A DNA stretch of 64,000 bases from an uncultured Chloroflexia bacterium (GTDB lineage: Bacteria > Chloroflexota > Anaerolineae > Anaerolineales > UBA4823): positions 18,324 through 82,323 of the forward strand of contig CAVTQM010000063.1 of NCBI GenBank assembly GCA_963736805.1, written 5' to 3'. Position numbers and translations under genes: made by a program. The notes under the pieces were generated by a model. That model searched no databases, was not told the origin of the DNA, and worked only from the letters and a program-made list of their open reading frames with translations. Positions within the stretch are counted from its first letter, which is position 1; every line of letters begins with the position of its first letter. This document shows, one piece after another, positions 16,298 to 26,924 of the stretch.

Positions 16298-17629
16298 TCA
16301 TTCCTTTATGTAATTGGTGATGTCCACCACCGGGAAAATGGCTTTATCGAAGCCCTTGCCTTGCGAAACAAGCGGCTTGGTCAGGTCAAAACCCAGCTTT
16401 GTGGTCAGGTGGGTGCCGCTCTCCGTGCGCTCGCTGGATGGGTCGAGGCTCGATCCCGTCTCTTTCGATTTGATCACCAGATCTGTGTCACCCTGGAAGC
16501 GGGTTGCCATCGCCCATTCTACTTCCAGCGGATTATAGATGTCGATGTCCTTATCCACCACGTAGACGTGTTTGCACGAGCGGTGTCCGGCAAAGGCAGC
16601 CTGGATAGCTTTTTTCCCATCATCTTCAGAGCGTTTATCGATCTGGACGATGGCGTGCAGCCATGAACAGCCACCCGGGTTGATGTTTACATCCAGGCAG
16701 TGCACGACCTCATTGACTTTTTTATAGATGGTCGGTTCGCGTGGCATGCCCATCAGCAGTTTGTGTTCGAGAGCGCCTGGCAATAGGGCATGCCATACTG
16801 CGTCATGGCGATGGGTGATGGTCTTGACCTCGAAAACAGGTTCGTTGCGTACGATGTCGTAAGTCTCGGTCAGGTCAACGAAAGGTCCTTCAGCATGCCT
16901 GCGGTCAGCGTAAACTGTGCCTTCCAATACGAATTCTGCCTCGGCGGGCACATATAAATCGACCGTTTTGGCATGCACCAGGTTCACAGGCTGGCCCAGG
17001 CAGCGTAGGGATAGCGCATTAGCAATTTCCAGCTCATCCACGCCTAGCTCCACCGAGGTTGCAGCTGCCACGAGCACCTCCGGTGGGACTCCTATGCAAA
17101 CTGCCACATCCAGGCTACCCAGCTCTTCCAGGAATCGGTCGAAGTGGCGCCCACGCACCACCCGGATGGCCATCTCGGTTTTGGAGAACTGCATGGCGCG
17201 GTGGAAGTCCAGATTCTGCCCGAGCCTGGGATGACGAGCGATGAATACCCCCGAGCTGATGTAATTTCCGCCATCCAATGCACAGTGGCGCAGGATGGGC
17301 AGGCTGTCCAGGTCGGGGTCTGTGATAACCACTTCATGGCAAGGCGCCTCAGATATCGTTGGACAAGCTGTGCGCTCCTGCAAAGCCTGCATCAGGCTGG
17401 GGATAATTTCCTTCACCTGGATGTTCAAGTAATTTGCAAAACCTGCCTTGGAGCAGAACAAGTTACCCATGACCGGAAATGGGCTTTCTTTCACATTGGT
17501 TAACATGACTGGGTGTGGCTCTAATTCTTTTAGGATCCCAGCCATTTCGTAAATCTTCGAAATAGGCGCAGACAGGGTGAGCATTTCACCCGTTTCAGTC
17601 AGTTTTTGGAGGTGAGGGCGCAGGGTCAT
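16298..17629 (-). CDS. UbiD-family (prFMN-dependent) decarboxylase
   Basis: Intact ~443 aa from ATG 17629 (GGAAGGAA 5 nt upstream). UbiD-like throughout (e.g. GGNYISSGVFIARHP, EGPFVDLTETYD). Confidence 0.8.
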   Translation of the reverse strand: MTLRPHLQKLTETGEMLTLSAPISKIYEMAGILKELEPHPVMLTNVKESPFPVMGNLFCSKAGFANYLNIQVKEIIPSLMQALQERTACPTISEAPCHEVVITDPDLDSLPILRHCALDGGNYISSGVFIARHPRLGQNLDFHRAMQFSKTEMAIRVVRGRHFDRFLEELGSLDVAVCIGVPPEVLVAAATSVELGVDELEIANALSLRCLGQPVNLVHAKTVDLYVPAEAEFVLEGTVYADRRHAEGPFVDLTETYDIVRNEPVFEVKTITHRHDAVWHALLPGALEHKLLMGMPREPTIYKKVNEVVHCLDVNINPGGCSWLHAIVQIDKRSEDDGKKAIQAAFAGHRSCKHVYVVDKDIDIYNPLEVEWAMATRFQGDTDLVIKSKETGSSLDPSSERTESGTHLTTKLGFDLTKPLVSQGKGFDKAIFPVVDITNYIKE

Positions 17630-17717
17630 AGGGTTCCTTCCGCGATGCAAAGGAATTAAAACTTATACCACTTAATTGTAACAAATGTATGGATTTCACA
17701 CACCAGTTAAGGGTTGC

Positions 17718-19784
17718 CTACTCTTGCGTGGGTAATGGTATTTCCTGCCAGGTTAACCCTCCATCCATGGACTGCTGCAAGGAGCTGTCACTCCGGCAGG
17801 TGAAGTCTGGAGAGGATTTTTCACCACTGCAACTCCCCGTAGAGGTAACAGCCCAACCCACGCCACTCGCCTGCCAACCGGACAGCGTGGTTCCCTCCGG
17901 AAGGGGTTCCAGGGCTTTAGGATACTGGCCAGGTGTGGCAGCTTGCCAGGTGACCCCTGAATCCGTGGTATGGTAATTTTGATCTCCATTTCGATTCGTA
18001 AGCCAGCCTTCCTGTCTGGAGACGTTGCGAATCGGGGCAGCCGAGGGCAGATCATATTTTTGCCAGGTACGCCCACCATCGCTGGTTTTCATCAGCACCC
18101 CAGAGTCAAATGCCTGGCTGGTTTGCTGCTGCAGCACCACCCAACCGGAAGTGGGGGAAGTAAAATGGAGCTGTAGGGGAATCCAGGTTCCATCCACCGG
18201 CAGCGGGAAATTGATAATTTCCCAGCTATCACCCCCATTCGATGAATGGTAAAGGGTCAGGGGCTCTTGGTTTTCAGATGAAAGTGCCCAGCCTTCCCCG
18301 GAGGGCAGGAAATAAGCACGCTGAACCGAGCCTGGAGAGATATCCTGCCAATTTTTCCCCTGGTTATCTGTCCAATATAATGTATCTCCCAGGATGAGCC
18401 AACCCTGGTCAGCCGACAGCCATCCGGTGTCCTGGATGGGAATTGTCTTGGGGACAACCGGGTTGCTCAACGGTTTGCTGGGTGGCATGGCAACCATGCC
18501 ATCAGCAACATCACTGTCGATATTAAACTTGATGCTACCCCAGGTCTCATTGTGGCCACCGGTATACTGGCGTAGACGCTGGTTGTTGATCCACAAGCCA
18601 TTCAGCCAGCTGATTCCATAAACGGATGCAGCCGGGTCATAAGTGTTGGTGTACCAGGAGGCGACCCAAACATCATTCGGGACATGGGCTATGGTAGCCC
18701 AATCTGCCAGGTATGAATTTCGGGATCCGTACCCCCCGGCGATATTACCCAGTTCATGCAGGCGTTCCACCCAGCCATTCATGAATGATTTGACCGTCTG
18801 GCGGCATTCGTAATTGGCTCCACCAAATGACTCCATATCATAATAAATAACCGTGCCGCCCAGGCCGTAATTGGTGAGCCGCATGGATGTGGCTGCCTCC
18901 GATGCAGCCTGAGCTTCCTGACGCCCTTCTTGATATGCAGCTGATGGGTCGCTACTCATCCGATGTTTCCAGGATGAGCAAGGTGCCTGGGGTCCCACCC
19001 AGGTGGGGACGAAGCTCCAGCCTTGCTGGTGAACTGCACTCACCCAGGTAGAATTAGCGATGGCACACCCACTGTAAAGGCTGATTCCGCCCATGTAAAG
19101 GGCATAAAAACGGTAAGGGCTATGATTCCACCAGGTTTGCATTTCAGATATCTCCGGTAGATGGCAGGCATCGAAACCTTGTGCCTGGATCACCCCGGCA
19201 TTGGGTGGGGGTTGCCCGGATGGGTCGGTGTAATGGACAATCGGTAAGTAAACATTTGGGCGGTCCGATCGTGTGAAGGTGAAGCGCATGGCACTGAAGG
19301 AGATGGTCGTGCTGAATTCTTCTTCTCCGTTCAGATCGGTCAGGTAAACAAAGCCGCTGTCATCTGCATTGAAATAATATTCACCCAGGTTTAGCCACTG
19401 GTTGCTGAGCGGATATTGGCTGAAGGAACGCATTGTCACCCCAGTTGCGTGGTGGATGGAATAATGAGCTTCGGTCGTGTCATGGTTGATGGTGCGACCT
19501 TGCCCGGCGCACCAGGTGATGGCTGAATGGGCTGCGATGTATGCCTCCACCAGGTAGTAACCTGGTTGTGGGATAACCGGACGCCATTCTGCATCGTTTG
19601 TGGAATTGGCGGGATTAGAGGCATTCAGGGTCAGATAGGCGGTATGACCGCGGTCATTATCAAATGGGTACCAGTAAGATTCAGGGCAGGTGGTGAATGG
19701 AGGGCTAAGCTCAGGATCTTCAACGACCACCTCGACAACTTGCCCGGCTGGCGACTCGGAGGATGGCAGGAGTACTGCAATCAT
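17718..19784 (-). CDS. Secreted glycoside-hydrolase-like (DUF1906/Rv2525c-like) protein with a C-terminal BNR/Ycf48-like beta-propeller
   Basis: The middle region reads GFDACHLPEISEMQTWWNHSPYRFYALYMGG...WSFVPTWVG. The C-terminal part repeats an S/T-x-D-G-G-x-T/S-W motif (SNGGDSWEI, TSDGGRTWQ, TDSGVTWQ, MDGGLTWQ). A signal-like N-terminus (MKSIRIKPQGLIKYLPFLF, ATG 19845) lies upstream in another frame, so one more indel is likely near 19790. Confidence 0.7.
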   Translation of the reverse strand: MIAVLLPSSESPAGQVVEVVVEDPELSPPFTTCPESYWYPFDNDRGHTAYLTLNASNPANSTNDAEWRPVIPQPGYYLVEAYIAAHSAITWCAGQGRTINHDTTEAHYSIHHATGVTMRSFSQYPLSNQWLNLGEYYFNADDSGFVYLTDLNGEEEFSTTISFSAMRFTFTRSDRPNVYLPIVHYTDPSGQPPPNAGVIQAQGFDACHLPEISEMQTWWNHSPYRFYALYMGGISLYSGCAIANSTWVSAVHQQGWSFVPTWVGPQAPCSSWKHRMSSDPSAAYQEGRQEAQAASEAATSMRLTNYGLGGTVIYYDMESFGGANYECRQTVKSFMNGWVERLHELGNIAGGYGSRNSYLADWATIAHVPNDVWVASWYTNTYDPAASVYGISWLNGLWINNQRLRQYTGGHNETWGSIKFNIDSDVADGMVAMPPSKPLSNPVVPKTIPIQDTGWLSADQGWLILGDTLYWTDNQGKNWQDISPGSVQRAYFLPSGEGWALSSENQEPLTLYHSSNGGDSWEIINFPLPVDGTWIPLQLHFTSPTSGWVVLQQQTSQAFDSGVLMKTSDGGRTWQKYDLPSAAPIRNVSRQEGWLTNRNGDQNYHTTDSGVTWQAATPGQYPKALEPLPEGTTLSGWQASGVGWAVTSTGSCSGEKSSPDFTCRSDSSLQQSMDGGLTWQEIPLPTQE

Positions 19785-20292
19785 CGAGGAAAAGAAAGGG
19801 AAGGTATTTAATCAAACCTTGGGGTTTTATTCGGATCGATTTCATGGGTTATCTATTCCAACTCTGAGACAAAGACTGGTTTACGAAGAAAAGAACCACA
19901 ATGACCTGCTCACTGTTGCAATTTGTTTGCCTGTTTAATAAGCAGTACATGGCTATTGATTTTACTGGGCCAGGGAATTATGCGTCAAAAAAGAGGTAAT
20001 TATATTTACAGAGAAAAAATAACCAACAGCCCAATCATTGTTCAAACCTTCCATAAACTGACCCCAAAATATGCTGGATCATCCAAAGTACATCGAAACG
20101 GAGATACATTGCACGATTTTGATATTTGAACTTGCCTGAACTTGAAGATTGGATGGAAATTGGACTAGAAGTTGCAACGTGGTTAATGAATGTTGAATTT
20201 AAGAATTGTTCAGATGAAGGAATTTTTACTACTGGTTCTTTTCAACCGGATAGGACGATGGAAAAATCATCCTGCAGGCGTAGTTTCTAGAA

Positions 20293-23125
20293 ATGGAGAA
20301 TGAGATGACAAACAAGCTAAAAAAAGCACTTCAATTAATTGCTATCATCGTGATAGGGATTTTCATGGTGGCGACCGTTGTAGGGTTTGCCCGGAACTCT
20401 TCACAAAGAGTGCTTGCTTCCGGTCCAATCCCCCCTCCGGAAGGATATCCGAAACTTTCCCTATCCACCAAGGTGGTCACTCCCACCCTGGCAAATACAG
20501 ATGGAGCGATCCTGACCTATAACCTTGAGATTCTCAACACCGGGGCATATACCGCTTCAGATGTAAGCTTGGCTGACGTAATCCCCGCCAACACGGTCTA
20601 TAACGGGGATGCCTGGTCAAGCACCCCGCCCACTCCGGTCATCACGGATGGGGTCCTGATCTGGGAGAATGGGACGGTCGGATTTGATTCCTCGGTCGTC
20701 ATCACCTTCAGCGTGACGGTCACTCCGGGGTATGTTGGAATCATCTCCAACACCGCAGTGATCAGTGACCCGATGATTACAGAACCGGTTTCGGTTTTGG
20801 CAGAGACACGTATAACCGATACGCCGATGTTCGAGATCGGTAAAACTTCTGCACCTGACCTGCCTGGCAAGAATAAACCTCTCACGTACGAGCTGGTGGT
20901 CACCAACCAGGGTCAAGCGGCAGTTGCGACACCCATAACCGTCACCGACTTCGTCCCTACGGATACAACCTTCCTCGGCGTGGGTCCGGATGGCTCATAT
21001 AACCCGCTTGATAATGTGGTGACGTGGCATCGCACGGTTGACCTTGGATTTGGCGAGACATCTGCTTTTACCTTCAGTGTGAATGTCGGGGATGTTCCAA
21101 GTGGAACGGTTATCGATAATGACAACTACCTCGTGGTCAGCCCGGATGGTATCGTTGCTGGAATGCCTTATTCAACCACGGTGATCGATCCGATATTTAT
21201 CCTCTCCAAGAGCATCTTCCCTGATCCACCTGGATCAAACACTGAGATGACCTATACCCTGACCGTGCTTAACTTAGGCTCAAAGGCGACCGACCTGGAA
21301 ATTACGGATACCGTTCCGTCTGAACTGGAATATGTACGTGGCGGTGATGATTTCACGGATGGCGTCGTTACCTGGCATCTTGCCAGCCTGGACACGCGCG
21401 AATCAGCGCAGGTTACCTTTACGGTTTATGTTGGCGATATCGCCGATATCATCGTCTTGAACGGTGATTACGGTGTGTGCAGTGCCGAAGGAGTATGCGC
21501 CTCAGGTATTCCGGTGCCGAGTTTGATCGTCGGTCCAACATTTGAAGCGACTGCCATCTTGGATCCGGTAGCTCATAAGCCTGGAGGTGGCAATGCGCCG
21601 GTTACGCCTACCTTGACCATTCAAAACTTGGGTCCGGGTAATGCATTGGACGCCACCGCCCTGGTTACTTTTGGACGTCTCAGTGTCAGTATGAACGATA
21701 TGGCTGTGATACCACCTGTCGGAACATTGGTGGATGGACCACCATGTGATGTAGCTTTCCCGTGTACAAATTTCGTCTGGACGGGCGATGTTTCTGTCGG
21801 TGAGATTATCACCTTTACCACCCTGGAAGGACAAAGCACGATCGGTGGCGATGAAGGGACTCACTATACAGCCACGGTTGTGATCACGGATGAGCTCAGC
21901 GGTTATGTTACCGAGCCCATCACTGGCACGGCCATTGGGCATGTCACCCATTATGCCAACCTGATCCCAACCAAAACCGCTCCACCTGAAATTGGACCTG
22001 GACAGACCATGACCTATACCATCCAGGTATTTGACAGCGGCTTGAGCACGGAGGAGGATCCAACTCCCACCTTGACGGAAACCGTTCCAGCCAGCGTGAC
22101 CTTGCTCAGCATCAGTGATGGTGGAAGCTCGGATATCATCGATGGAGATACGGTCATCACCTGGGAATTACCACCCATGGGTCCGGGCGATATCCTGCTG
22201 CGTTCCTTTGCCGTGGAAGTGGACCCAGACCTGGTGAGCGGGACATTGATCATCAACGATGATTATCGCACCAGCTGGTATGAGAGCGAGGTGACCGGAA
22301 CTGTATCCAATACGATGTCCATCCTGGGTGAGCCGGTCACGACCACCGTGCGTGAGGTTGGATTGATCGACTCGTTCAAAACAGTCGACCCCACCTGGGC
22401 TTTGCCAGGAACGGATACAGTTTTGACCTATGTGGTACATGTGGTCAATTCCGGTCCCGTCGAGCTGAGTGGAGTGCAGGTGAGTGATATCTTCCCATGG
22501 GAAAATACCACCTACCAGCGGGATGCGGTGGCTAGTGCGGGAAGTCTGATCAGTGATATTGTCAGCTTGGAGTGGACCGGAGATGTTGCCCCATATTCCG
22601 AGCAGCTGATCACATTCACTACCGTGGTGGATGATTTCTTCGAAGGGGTGATCACGAATACCGCCACCATCACACACACCAGTCTGAAGCAGGATGTGGC
22701 TGTCACTGCGGTGGCATATATCACCGATAAACCGGTACTTGCAGATTTCAAAGAAAGCTACCCCCAGCCCGGTGTCAGTCGGTAATCCCTTGCTTTACCA
22801 GCTCCAGGTGACCAACCTTGGGCAGCAAGCAACCATGCTGGTGGTAACCGATACCATCCCTGTGAACACGTCTTACATCCTTGGCAGCGCCAGCTCAGGC
22901 GGGCAGCTGGTGGGGGATACGCTCCAGTGGAATTTGCCTGTGCTCAACCCAGGCGAGACGCTGAAGTTTACCTTCCAGGTGATGGTAACGGGCGGAAAAG
23001 AAATCGTTAATGGCAGCTACGCAGTCCGCTGTGATGAAGGTGTGTTTGCTTCTGGGGAACCGGTGGTTACGCCTGTGTTATTCCCCGTGAATATGGTCCA
23101 CCTGCCACTCACGTTTAGATATTAG
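20293..23125 (+). CDS. Large membrane-anchored surface protein made of ~9-10 DUF11 (conserved repeat) domains; one frame disruption near 22740
   Basis: N-terminal TM helix LIAIIVGIFMVATVVGFA-like. Repeat signature recurs (LTYxLxVxNxGxxxAxxxxxxDxxPxxTxF/Y). ORFs 20293..22785 and 22694..23125 join at ITDKPVL/QISKKATPSPVSVGNPLLYQLQVTNLG. Confidence 0.8.
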
Positions 23126-23145
23126 GTAGCTAGATGGTAAATTAA

Positions 23146-23182
23146 AGAGCACCTCCGAGATATTTTCCGAGGTGCTCTTTTG
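23146..23182 (+). terminator. Rho-independent terminator after the DUF11 gene
   Basis: 10-bp stem AGAGCACCTC/GAGGTGCTCT followed by TTTTGATTT. Confidence 0.75.
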
Positions 23183-23185
23183 ATT

Positions 23186-23260
23186 TGGTGGGCCCAGTAG
23201 GGATCGAACCTACGGCCAAACGGTTATGAGCCGTCCGCTCTGCCGCTGAGCTATGGGCCC
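23186..23260 (-). tRNA. tRNA with CAU anticodon (elongator Met or lysidine-dependent Ile2), CCA encoded
   Basis: Reverse complement is GGGCCCATAGCTCAGCGGCAGAGCGGACGGCTCATAACCGTTTGGCCGTAGGTTCGATCCCTACTGGGCCCACCA. It folds as a cloverleaf with a canonical TTCGATC T-loop. The 1:72 pair is G:C, so it is not an initiator. Confidence 0.9.
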
Positions 23261-23299
23261 TTGTTAAAGTACAAAGTCCCTTGAATTGAGGACTTTCAG

Positions 23300-23370
23300 A
23301 GCGGGCAACGGGAATCGGACCCGTCTAAGTAGCTTGGAAGGCTACCGCACTACCACTATGCTATGCCCGC
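23300..23370 (-). tRNA. tRNA-Gly (UCC), CCA not encoded
   Basis: Reverse complement is GCGGGCATAGCATAGTGGTAGTGCGGTAGCCTTCCAAGCTACTTAGACGGGTCCGATTCCCGTTGCCCGCT. Anticodon loop is CTTCCAA. The T-loop reads TCCGATT (C at position 55). Confidence 0.85.
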
Positions 23371-23475
23371 ATTTTAGCGCTCCTATTTTATCATAAATCA
23401 AGTTGGTAAAAGCCTTGATAACTCATCAATAATTAAATGGGATATAATCTATCCAAATATATAGGAGATAAGTGT

Positions 23476-24030
23476 ATGGACAGCAAATTAAATACCCCTA
23501 CCGAAGTAACCACCCTGGCGGGAGGATGCTTCTGGTGTTTGGAAGCTGTATACGATCAACTTAAAGGTGTGCTGGATGTGGTTTCAGGCTATTCTGGAGG
23601 GCGGGTGGAAAATCCTTCCTACAAGGCAGTTTGCACCGGTAAAACTGGGCATGCTGAGGTGGTTCAGGTGACTTATGACCCAACCGTGGTCAGCTACCGG
23701 GAGCTGCTGGAAGTGTTTTTTACCATCCACGACCCGACCACGCTGAATCGCCAGGGGGCAGATGTGGGCACCCAATACCGCTCAGCCATCTTCTACCACA
23801 GCCCGGAACAAAAACTCACCGCTGAAGAGGTCATCCACGAGCTGGAAAGCGAAAAAGTCTGGGATAAACCCATCTTAACAGACCTGGTTCCCTTCACGAT
23901 TTTCTACCCGGCAGAAGAGTACCACCAGGATTATTTCCTGCGTAATCCGTACCAGGGTTACTGCATGGCGATCATCGCGCCCAAAGTGGCGAAGTTCCGG
24001 AATAAGTACCTGGCAAAATTAAAGCGATAA
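23476..24030 (+). CDS. msrA: Peptide-methionine (S)-S-oxide reductase
   Basis: AGGAGA lies 7 nt upstream of ATG 23476. Active-site motif GGCFWCLE, then TGHAEVVQVTYDP and QGADVGTQYRS. Confidence 0.9.
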   Translation: MDSKLNTPTEVTTLAGGCFWCLEAVYDQLKGVLDVVSGYSGGRVENPSYKAVCTGKTGHAEVVQVTYDPTVVSYRELLEVFFTIHDPTTLNRQGADVGTQYRSAIFYHSPEQKLTAEEVIHELESEKVWDKPILTDLVPFTIFYPAEEYHQDYFLRNPYQGYCMAIIAPKVAKFRNKYLAKLKR

Positions 24031-24102
24031 CTTTGGGTTGTCAATTTAGCCGGGTTGATGTTAAACTTGCCTTGCCGTTTAGGTAATGGCAAGGAGATCA
24101 GC

Positions 24103-25467
24103 ATGACAACATCCCATGACGGAACAGGCAGATTACCCATTGATCTAGGCGATGGTTTGGTCCTTCGGCGTTCGAGCCCAGAGGATGCTCAATCCCTGGC
24201 AGATTTCAATGCCAGCCTCCATTCAGATCGGGGACCGGACAAGCCCGACGAAAGAGTGTGGTGGTGGACACACGACCTGATTGCCAGGCCTCATCCAACT
24301 TTTAATCCATCTGACTTCACCATCGTTGAGGAAGCTGCTTCCGGGAAAATTAGTTTCTGTGATGAACCTAATCCCCCAAACCTGGACCTTATGCCGGCAT
24401 CCCGTTTAAGGTAGGCCGTCCCGAGCTGGTGGGAACTTTACCCGAATACCGTAATCGTGGCCTGGTGCGACGTCAGTTTGGTATTATTCACCAATGGAGT
24501 GTCCAAAATGGCGACATGGTTCAGGCAATCACCGGCATCCCATACTATTATCGCCTTTTTGGATATGAGATGGCGATGAATTTAGGCGGAGGACGGGCTG
24601 GTTTTCCTACTCATATCCCAAAACTTAAAGACGGTGAATTGGAATCTTTCAATTTTCGCCCAGCAATCGAGCCAGATATTCCATTTTTATCTGAGTTATA
24701 CATCTCGGGCTGCCAGCGTTCATTGGTGGCTTGTACCCGGGATGAAGCAGTATGGAAGGATGAGATAGATCGGAAAGAGTGATAAGAGCATCATGCGCCA
24801 GGAGATACGCATCATCGAGACAATCTCTGGTGAGCGGGTAGGTTTCATTGCCCACCCGCCTTTTACCTGGGGGGATGCTATGGCGGTGGTGAAGTATGAG
24901 ATTGCACCTGGTTTCACCTGGAGAGAGGTAACTCCTTCTGTAATCCGCTACCTGGAAAAGGTTTACAACCAGTTGGATCCCGAACATGGTGATGAAAAAA
25001 AACCCTTTGGTGCCTTTGGTTTCTGGTTTGGCGAAGAACATCCAGTCTACCAGGTGATTCCTGACAGCCTGCCACGTGTCCGTAAGCCATATGCCTGGTA
25101 TCTACGTGTGGCGGATGTGCCTGGTTTCCTGCGCCTGGTAGCCCCTGAATTGGAAAAACGGTTGTCAGGCTCACCCATGTAGGGGTACTCCGGTGAAGTA
25201 AAGATCACTTTTTATCAAGACGGGGTGCGCATTGTCTTGGATAAAGGTAAGCTGATCACGATCGAAAGCTGGAAACCCACCCCAATGGGTCACTCAGGCG
25301 ATGCTGGCTTTCCGCCCCACACCTTCCTTCAGCTTTTGTTTGGATACCGCAGCCTGGATATGTTAAAAGCGAGTTTTGTGGATTGCACGACAGACAGGGA
25401 TGAGATCCATGTCTTGCTGAATGCCCTATTCCCCAGGCAGCCATCTGATGTGTGGCCAGTTTCATGA
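24103..25467 (+). pseudogene. GNAT-family N-acetyltransferase (Eis-like, multi-domain); at least 3 frame disruptions in this assembly
   Basis: Four collinear fragments (24103.., 24429.., 24793.., 25225..25467). The acetyl-CoA motif is PEYRNRGLVRRQF. The reading frame is restored by shifts near 24400, 24775 and 25185. Confidence 0.6.
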
Positions 25468-26012
25468 TCACCCTGGGTGTGCTTGCGGATACGCACATAC
25501 CTGACCGAGTGCCGCAATTAAACCCACGCATACTCGATATCTTTCAGCATGCGAAAGTAAATGCGATCCTGCATGCTGGAGATGTTTCCACCTCGGGGGT
25601 GCTGGATGAGCTCAGGCAGGTGGCACCCCTATATGCGGTCCAGGGGAACAGGGATATCGTTTATCTCAGGCAGCTTCCCATGCGGATCGAAATGGATTTT
25701 GAAGGGGTTTCCGTTGGCATGGCGCATGGACATGGGACTTTCAGCCGTTATATGGTCGATAAAATCCACCGTGCGATGCGCGGGCGCACGGTGGGAATAT
25801 ATCTTCAACGCCTGTTGCTGGCATTCCCAGCCGTGGACGTGATCGTGTTTGGACACCTGCATGTGCCGTGCAATTTCCGCCTGGAAGGAAAATTATTATT
25901 TAATCCCGGGTCAACCAGCTACCCCTGGCCGCGCGGTGACCCTGCTACAGTCGGGTTGTTGCATGTGGATCGAAATGCAGGGGTGGAAGGCGAAATAATT
26001 TCACTTGGGTAA
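25464..26012 (+). CDS. YfcE/MJ0936-family metallophosphoesterase
   Basis: MITLGVLADTHIPDR, then HAGDV, GNRD, GHLH. The ATG overlaps the preceding stop (ATGA). Confidence 0.8.
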   Translation: MITLGVLADTHIPDRVPQLNPRILDIFQHAKVNAILHAGDVSTSGVLDELRQVAPLYAVQGNRDIVYLRQLPMRIEMDFEGVSVGMAHGHGTFSRYMVDKIHRAMRGRTVGIYLQRLLLAFPAVDVIVFGHLHVPCNFRLEGKLLFNPGSTSYPWPRGDPATVGLLHVDRNAGVEGEIISLG

Positions 26013-26081
26013 ACCTATAGATACGCAGGCATGTAATACCTGTGTGAAAGATCGCCGATATTAAGCTAATTGATTTCTGAC

Positions 26082-26924
26082 TTATTTTTGATCGACAACC
26101 GCCTTGACGAGCTTGACGGCAATAGAGCCTCCGGGGACAAGCATGCCGACTGCATCCGCAGTGACATCGAAGATCAGATCTCGGGTGAGAATACCTTTGA
26201 ACTGGTCCTGAAGCTTCTTGCCCCCGCCGTTGATCTCGCCGGTGAGGGCGTTGAACTCAATTACAGAACGCTTGCCTTTACTGGACCTTTCGTATTCGAA
26301 GGCATAAACCGGGCAGAAATTCAGATCTAAAGTTTCCACGTCCACCCGTTCTTCGTGGATGGTATGGGCATTCTGCACCGGGCGGAGTACCTCCCCAATC
26401 ACCTGGCGGGCGACCGCTGTAGCGCGCAGTTGCGGTGGCACCACAAGAACGCCTTCGGGTGCAAAAGTGTTCAGGTCCGGTATGAGGGTTTTAGCGAATG
26501 CTGAGTATTTCTCCGGGTCAGTCTGCACTCCTTGCACACCTTGGAAGGCGCGGGTGATACGGGTGCTTTGCTGACAGTGTTCGATTGCATCCAAGCTGAA
26601 TATGGTAAGCTTGTCTTTCATCTCCACCGGAAGTTCTTGTCCCAATACACTCACCGATATCACTTCTGCCCCGTTAACCGGCACGGCGTATTTGCTTGCT
26701 CGGTCGTAGACAGTCCGGCTGGAGATCGTTACCAACCAAAAAGGCTCCAAACGGTTTTCCATCCCTAAGAACTTGATATCCTCCGGCTTGATTTGCCCAA
26801 ATAAGGAGCCCATCGTTCCTGCCATGAGCTGGACCTTTCGCTGCTCCACACGGTCGCAGGCGACATCCGGGGTAAAATGAGGTATGAAGTGATAGGCATG
26901 TTCTTCAGTAAGGGAAATTTCCAT
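26082..26924 (-). CDS. Hypothetical protein (no family recognised)
   Basis: Intact 280-aa ORF with GGAGG upstream (reverse complement of CCTCC at 26931-26935). No motif that I can name. Confidence 0.5.
   Translation of the reverse strand: MEISLTEEHAYHFIPHFTPDVACDRVEQRKVQLMAGTMGSLFGQIKPEDIKFLGMENRLEPFWLVTISSRTVYDRASKYAVPVNGAEVISVSVLGQELPVEMKDKLTIFSLDAIEHCQQSTRITRAFQGVQGVQTDPEKYSAFAKTLIPDLNTFAPEGVLVVPPQLRATAVARQVIGEVLRPVQNAHTIHEERVDVETLDLNFCPVYAFEYERSSKGKRSVIEFNALTGEINGGGKKLQDQFKGILTRDLIFDVTADAVGMLVPGGSIAVKLVKAVVDQK

Noticed and set aside
19785-20292. The 500-nt AT-rich leader upstream of the DUF11 adhesin-like gene, considered as a possible c-di-GMP riboswitch or small-RNA locus. It includes the 68-aa ORF 19923-20129.
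   Set aside because: I could not find the conserved GEMM-type helices or any convincing structure. The small ORF has a TTG start with no Shine-Dalgarno sequence.
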